From the NCBI GenBank assembly GCA_951406725.2, contig OX597816.1, positions 77,686,001-77,750,000 on the forward strand: DNA of 64,000 nucleotides, in the 5' to 3' direction. Below the pieces are notes generated by a model, which was not told the origin of the DNA, ran no database searches, and saw nothing but the letters and a program-made list of their open reading frames with translations. Numbering within the stretch: position 1 is the first letter of the stretch; each line of letters starts with the position of its first letter. This document shows, piece by piece, positions 56,491 to 64,000 of this stretch. Position numbers and translations under genes: made by a program. The DNA comes from Octopus vulgaris. Lineage: Eukaryota.

Positions 56491-58103
56491 GCGTACATAC
56501 ATATAAACTGACCGAGTAAGCCGTCAGGGAAGCTCAGTCCTAGTCAAAACGAATTTTATAATACATTTGACTATTTTAAGCAAAATACTTAAAATGATAC
56601 TTAAGACATTTACTTCATCAGTAAATGTTCTGTTGATTTTCTTAAAGGGGTTTTAGAATGTTCATCGGAAATAAATATTTTCTCCTAGAAACTTTTTATA
56701 ATACTGGATGTCATAGGTCTTCTCGGTCAGGACCAATTTTGTAACATGCAACACTATATATACAAGTGCGTGCGTGTGTATAAGTCTTACTATACATGTC
56801 TTTATATGTTTGCGTGTCTGGGTTCGCATTTGTTTCTGTGTTTGTGTAGGTGGTAGCTGCGTTTTTGCCTCGAAGTGAAATCAGTTCTCTTAAACTTACG
56901 AACAAAGCGAAATCCTTTCAGCGGTAAAGTGCGAGCAACTACACTACTTTTGTAACTACCAACTAAGCTGCACCGAACATTCATTGTTTATAATCTTATC
57001 AGCCATGTTTAATACAAGATATCTTGATGCAAAGAAAGCTTCCTAGTTTCAAACCCGAAAGTCTTAAGTAGCAATCTTTAATAGCCGACGACAAAACTAT
57101 AATTTTAGCTCGTTGAACAGATTTTAACTTTGCTCAGAGACAAGGCCAAATAGCAATGTTCATAGATAAGAAAAAATCGTATAAAACTTCTTGATTTTAT
57201 TTCCGGAATCTCAGCAGCCAGACTTTCAAAGGAATTATATCATGTCTATCTTTTATTTCCTTCCTACGTTTCAATTCTTCTCTAAGACTTTCACCGTTCT
57301 ATATTTCTGTAAAATTCCACCGAGATTTTATTTCTCTTACTGTTGTTAGTATTGTTGTATAATATGGTTTCAAATATTATTTTTCGAATGTGTCCTTAAT
57401 TTTGCAGCGTTCTCTAACGGTCTTCAATTCATTTTTACAGGTTTCTTTACCTTGAATATATCTTCCAAACTATTTCAAGTTCTTTCTATATAAGTACAAA
57501 ATAATCTCGCGGGAGTGGCTGCGTAGTAAGAAGTTTGCTTTCCAAGCACTTGGTTCAGCATTTTGGGCAGGTGTCTACTACTATAGCCTCGGGCCGACCA
57601 AAACCTTGTGAGTGGATTTGGCAGATGGAATTTGAAAGAAGTCCAACATGGATTTCAAGGTGAGTTCGTTTTTCTCATAAGGTAATACTTGCCGAGGACA
57701 GTTGAGACATTAGCTAGAACTCGAAATCATGATCCAAGTATATCCAATTCTTCATTATACAGCTTTGTTCTGTAGTGATTCTGATAAATCGTTACTCACT
57801 TGCCCGATTTCTGTTGTCCGTTTTATATTTCAGCGTAATTTGGTGGTTTACTTGAGGATTTAGCTTCTCTTTCCAGCATGTAGGCGCATTGTGTGCCCTC
57901 TGTTGTAATTATGGTTAATTATAATTATAAATTTTATTCTCTAGTTATTTAACGCTATTATTACTTGCTACCACCTATATTTTTGTTGTTGCTTTCATCA
58001 ATTATTTTAATTTACCGCTGATAATAATAAAAATATCTATATAAATATTCATTTGAATATTTACACCTTATATATATATATAAGGAGTAAATATTCAAAT
58101 GAA

Positions 58104-58154
<51 letters not shown>

Positions 58155-59464
58155 AATGTGTGTGTGTTTCTTTATGCTTGTCCTCTCACCGCTTGAAAGT
58201 CTTTGTTAGTTTGTTTACGTCCCTGTAAACTAGCGGCAGAAAGAGTCGGTAAAATAAGTACCAAACTTTAAAAAATGTTCTGCAGTCGACTTGTTTGATT
58301 AAACTGTTGAAGGCGGTGCCCCAGCATGACCGCAGTCTGATGACTGAAAACCAGTAACAAAATAAAATATTATTATCATTTACTAAGGTCAAGTGCCAGA
58401 CGATAAAATAGGTACCAGTGGAGTTTCTTTGAATTGACCCCACTTCTCGTTCCAGATTATTAGAGGCTTTATTCTGAAGCTGGGAATTTTTATAATTTTG
58501 ATTCTAAGGATTTTTAATATGGATACAAGACCAGACTTTTGTTTGGACTTAAAACTGAATATATCAACGAACTTGACTGATACTTGTTACATCGATACCG
58601 GAATGGTAAAAGGCAAAGTCAAAGCCGGCAGAAAATGGATCAATTTATCAAAATAGATGTAACAAAGAATCACGGGAAATTTTGTCCGGCACTCTAACGA
58701 TTTTGAAAATTCTCCATCTTGATTCTTATAATAATAAGGATTTCTCTCACTGACGTCCTGCTAAACAGTATTATGATGAAAATAATCCTTTCTACTATGA
58801 GCACATGGTCTGAAATTTATGGGGAGTTCAATTACATCGAACCCAGTAATCAAAAGGTACTTATTTTATCCAACCCGAAAGGATCTCGGCAGAATTTGAA
58901 CTCGGAGCGCAAAGACGGACGAAATGACATTAAGCATTTTGTCCGGCGTGCTTACGCTTCTGTCAGCTCACCGCCTTCGTCTTTTTGATAATAATAATCT
59001 TTTCTACTATAGCCACAAGACCTGAAATAATGGAAGAGGGAGCAAGTAGATTACAGAGACCCAAGTGCTTATCTGGTACCTAATTCATTGACCCCTGAAA
59101 GGATGAAAGGCAAAGTCGATCTTGGTAGAATTTGTACTCAGAGATTATGGACGGACGAAATGCCGCTAAGTATTTTGTTTGGCGTGCTAACGATTTTGTA
59201 AGCTTTCCGTCTTCAATGATAATAATAAAAATTAAAGCGTTTGGGATTTATATAGAGACGTGTAAACAATGACAAGATTCTTGCTACAAAATTCCTCAGT
59301 TGTGAGAAAACATCATCTAGGGGCGACCAAGGAACCCCACAGTTCCTGAGTCACTCTGATCACCAGGAGTACTATGACAAATACTTCGCTCACTTTGGTA
59401 CTTTTCAGCCTACAGGTGCATGCTTAAGTTAGATCTCTTTATTCGGTCCATTCTCACTATATTT

Positions 59465-59895
59465 AGCCACATTTTTTTGTTTTATTATGATGCAACAGAC
59501 CCCCAATATTTAGTAAAAGTATTGACGTGACGACTGTGCAGGTGTTAGGGGAGGCCATCCCGTGTCTGTTGACTCTAATGGCCTTGCGCAGTGGTGAGCT
59601 GCTGCACAATCTTTTGCGCATAAAATCTGAAGAGCGCATTTCTTTTGTAATTTTTTGTAATTTTTTTTGTAATTTTTTTCCTTGGAGACATTGGTTGTCT
59701 TTCATCGGAAGTTTTTCTCCTTAAGGTTCCTGTACTTTTGGCGAGGTGTCGGGTGGGCAAACCGGCAGTTTCTGCCGTCTTCCCCATGCCAGAATTTGCA
59801 GGTTCTTGAGTGCCTTCCAAATTTCTTCTTTCCTGTAGGGTTGCGTGTGTATGGAAAGGAGAACATCAGGTGTAGTGTTGGCGAATCTCAGGAAG
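59465..59895 (-). mobile_element. Probable LINE ORF1/ORF2 junction fragment
   Basis: Reverse complement has CKFWHGEDGRNCRFAHP (CCCH-like finger), then SILLLNIGGL, which resembles an AP-endonuclease N-terminus. Confidence 0.45.
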
Positions 59896-59906
59896 CATAT
59901 TTATAC

Positions 59907-60019
<113 letters not shown>

Positions 60020-60232
60020 AATATAATGTAAAGTATAGAAGCCATCTTATCATGGCTAACCACATTAGGGAGGGGGTGTTACTGTAGCTTTATAGCCCCA
60101 AGAGATCTTCGTCTCTAGCTGGCTTTAGACACAATATCTGTGTCCTTGGTACCAAAGGAGCCTATATAAATATATATATATATATATATTTATATAGATA
60201 TAAATATATATTTATATGTATATATATAAATA

Positions 60233-60284
<52 letters not shown>

Positions 60285-60654
60285 CATGTATATTCCTGCT
60301 GTAAGGCTTCATTTCCACACACGCCAGCTTAATTAATTCGCCCTTAGTCGGAAGACACCTGTTGTTATGTCCTGGTATTATTTTTAATGTATTTGTGTAA
60401 CATCGTTTGCTTTTTTCCGTCCTTGTTTTTGTATACATTCGCTGCTTTCTTCCAAGGAATCTAATGCTCTTAGCTTAGCTTTTCCTTGGGGCTGGCCAGA
60501 TTGGAGCAATCTCAAGTTTAATTAGCCGAAATTGCGAAGATAATCTGGTATTTAACTGAGGAAAGAAAACTTCGAATGACCTGTCCTTGTTTTCTTTGTA
60601 TCGTCTATCTGGATGTTTTGCGTTCTTGTCCCATTTTGTATTTTATATACATAT

Positions 60655-61322
<668 letters not shown>

Positions 61323-63547
61323 CAAACATACATACACACCTACACACAAGTGCTCACACACAGATATACACAAGCACACACACACCGCTACGCTAAGTCG
61401 AATGTTTTTCTTGTTCTAATTACTTTTATGTCTTGTTTCAAAATTTCAAAACTGTAATTCGCACGTGTGTGTGTGTGTGTTTGTGTGTAAGATTTTGCAT
61501 GTGTACTTGTGAGAGCATGTATTTGCATATGTGCTCCTGCATGTATTTGTATGTGCTCCCGTTGATACGTGTGTACATGTGCACTTTGGTGCTCCTTCGT
61601 GTGTGATAGTGTGTGTATATATACGCATGTATATACGCAACGATAACTTGCATGTATTGCTATGCGCCACCAACAAAGTCTTATTACTCATAGAGTATCA
61701 CTTACTCCTCATTCTATAACATCGTAAATCAGTCTTGTCTAAAATCTAATCAAGAGTCATTTCATATACAAACGTATATTATGTATCAATGAGATATCCA
61801 ACGATTCGATATCATTGTAAAGATGGATATTTTCTTTTTATTAAGTATCAGTGTGAGGTAGCTGTGAAAGAGAGTGGGAGTAGGAAAGTATGGTTATAAG
61901 TGGTGGGAGTTAGCGAGAGGTGGGGAGAAGTGGTGAGAGGTGGTGTTATGTATGTGGTAGGAGGTGACGAACAATGCATGAAGGGGAGTTATCGACAGCA
62001 ATTGATCGTATACCATTTATGATGTCATTTGCAATGAGATTTGTGGTAAAAAGGAAAATGATATAGTTAGCTGAAGGATTGTCAGTGGGCGTCGACGACG
62101 ACGATGATGATGATGAGATCCATCATCATCATCATAATGTTTTTTTCTTCTTGTTGTTCCTACTGGTGTTGGGTTGGTTTCTTGGTGATAACAATTGTTT
62201 TGATATTCTCTTGGTAATGCAGTTAATAACAGCCAGACTCGCCTGAGAATTTTGCTTCGTTGTGGTTCTTACTCCCAGATCAGCCCTGATGAAACAGATT
62301 TATAACCAAGGCCCTCCAGGCATGACATTCCCCAGCTTTTTTAAAGCATAATATATCTTGGATTAGATTATCCTTGATTCAATACGTTAGTCTCCTACCT
62401 TCTGTAAAGATGGGAGGACTTAGTTGCTATTTCTAGTAGACTGAACGATTATGCAAACGCTCCTTTGAATCCTGAGTGTCGCTTGTAATAATGTCAAGCG
62501 CGTTGTTCTTTGTAATTTGAAAAGTGTTTGGATTTTATAATGCACTTATTGGAGTTTTACTGAAGCTGGTATAATCGCGATAAACCTAATACATTCGCAT
62601 ATATCAGGTCTTTGTATTGGACAAATGGCATTTATATCAATGTTCAAAGTGTGTATTTTTCTCTACTATGTCTCCTATGTGTGTGGATAATTACTGGTAC
62701 TTTATTTTCTCTGCGTGCATGACTGGTAGTCTTTTACCTATTACTTGTTTCGGGTGTATGGACTGTGGCCATGCTGAAGCATCGACTTGAAAGTTTTTGG
62801 CGAACAAATCGACCTTAGTACTTATTTTAAGTTTCGTACTTATTGTAGCGGTTTGTTATGCCGAATCGCTAAGTTACGGGAACATAAACAACGTAAGTCA
62901 AAGGCTGTCTGATTATGGTCAAAGGCTGTCCGGTTATGACCATCCCGGCTTCATTTTATAAACTACATAATCCAATGTGTCTTTCAAATACTTAAAATCT
63001 TAGGGTGTGCTTTCAGGGAGATTTGGCTGCTATTTCTAGCTAGTCGAGTGAAACACAACAATGATTGGATAGACCTATAACGCAGAGATCCCCATCATGA
63101 CCATCCCTTCCAGAAGTATATAGGCGGTATTATCCTCTGTAGCTTCGTAAAACTCTAGAATATAGTTTGATAGAGATTTGGCTGCTAATTTTAGCAGGTC
63201 AGGTGATCACAAATAAGCAGTGTTGTTAGCTGTAACGGTCTTGATGGTTGTTTGTTCCTGACCGAACAGGCCTATGATCAAAAACAACCTAGCCGTGACC
63301 ACCACACCCTTCAGATTTACTGAGTTAAATTTGACTCAATTACTAACAGGTCTTGGAACTATGTAGAGGCTCACTCGTTGGTACGGTCTTAGTGTTGATG
63401 TTGATTGTGGTGCTGGCACTAGTAGTGATGTTGTTAGAAGTAATGGTGTTGGTTGTAGTGATGGTATGTCGTGGTGCTGGTGGTGGTTAGGGGCAATGAT
63501 AGTGATTATGACAAGATTCCAAAGAAAACGTCCTCATATTTACTTAC

Positions 63548-63641
63548 CTTGAGCATGACTGTGAAAGCATGTTTATCTCTTGGTAGACTTCCTCTGGCCC
63601 CAGGGAATTCCCAGTCCATGTCTAAACCATCGAAACCATAT
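63548..63641 (-). CDS. GH18 chitinase, catalytic-motif exon (first exon in the window; gene continues 5' beyond it)
   Basis: Reverse complement reads ttttttag|A TAT GGT TTC GAT GGT TTA GAC ATG GAC TGG GAA TTC CCT...CTC AAG|gtaagt = [31 protein letters not shown], containing the GH18 DxxDxDxE motif. 94 nt, phase 2 in, phase 0 out. Not in the ORF track. Confidence 0.95.
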
Positions 63642-64000
63642 CTAAAAAAAAGCGGGGAAAACGGGATAATGAAAGTGAAGGTTGAGAAGAAAGTCTAAAT
63701 GAAGCACGTACGTTGATTAACAAAAGCTTCATCAAAAGCGATAAACCATCGTTTTTAGTTCTAGCCCGCTATGTTCCATCTGAAATTACACCGGAATCAA
63801 TTTAGTTCATCATATCTTTGTATGTGAAACCTAGTCTGTGGCTAGTGATAGAGGTCTTAGTGAAATGACAGACTTGGCAGAAATTGGAAGTGGGGTAATA
63901 ATCTCCTCACAATGCGAGGCGGGATTAGAAACTTAAATTTGAAATGAAATATGAGATACGAAGTGTTCAAGTATAAATATCTGTCTATAATGTAATTTAA

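Noticed and set aside
60555-60582. CTGAGGA-AAG-AAAA-CTT-CGAAT hammerhead-like motif
   Set aside because: GAAA is not intact, there is an extra base after stem II, and no stem I was found; too weak to call.

Overview
AT-rich, repeat-dense eukaryotic DNA. The SINE families and long (TA)n/(CA)n tracts look like a coleoid cephalopod, probably Octopus (inference from repeat recognition). The only host gene I can support is the 3' part of a minus-strand GH18 chitinase: seven phase-consistent GT-AG exons from 63641 down to the stop at 20044, with the catalytic DGLDMDWE motif, an insertion domain, a Pro/Thr linker and a 6-Cys CBM14 domain. Its 5' exons lie beyond the window. It carries two active-site substitutions (MTYD->MTYN and YGR->YGM) of the kind linked to acidic pH optima. 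The rest is transposon debris (three tRNA-SINE families, RTE, Dong/R4, Tx1/L1, CR1/L2-type and Penelope fragments, Helitrons, hAT, piggyBac and Tc1/mariner remnants, a probable solo LTR) and microsatellites; almost all ORF-track entries are artefacts. The most notable signal is a set of unrelated, non-coding fold-back elements carrying type I hammerhead ribozyme motifs in both arms (11.1-11.5 kb, 26.3-26.6 kb, 31.0-32.1 kb), with further minimal or degenerate motifs at 38.7-39.0, 16.7 and 6.5 kb. The young 31 kb element has an intact hammerhead and a 564-nt unit repeated about 1.3 times plus a 353-bp inversion. This is a retrozyme/Penelope-like architecture, and it sits inside a chitinase intron. 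All folds and alignments were made by eye; repeat boundaries are approximate unless defined by a TSD or TIR.
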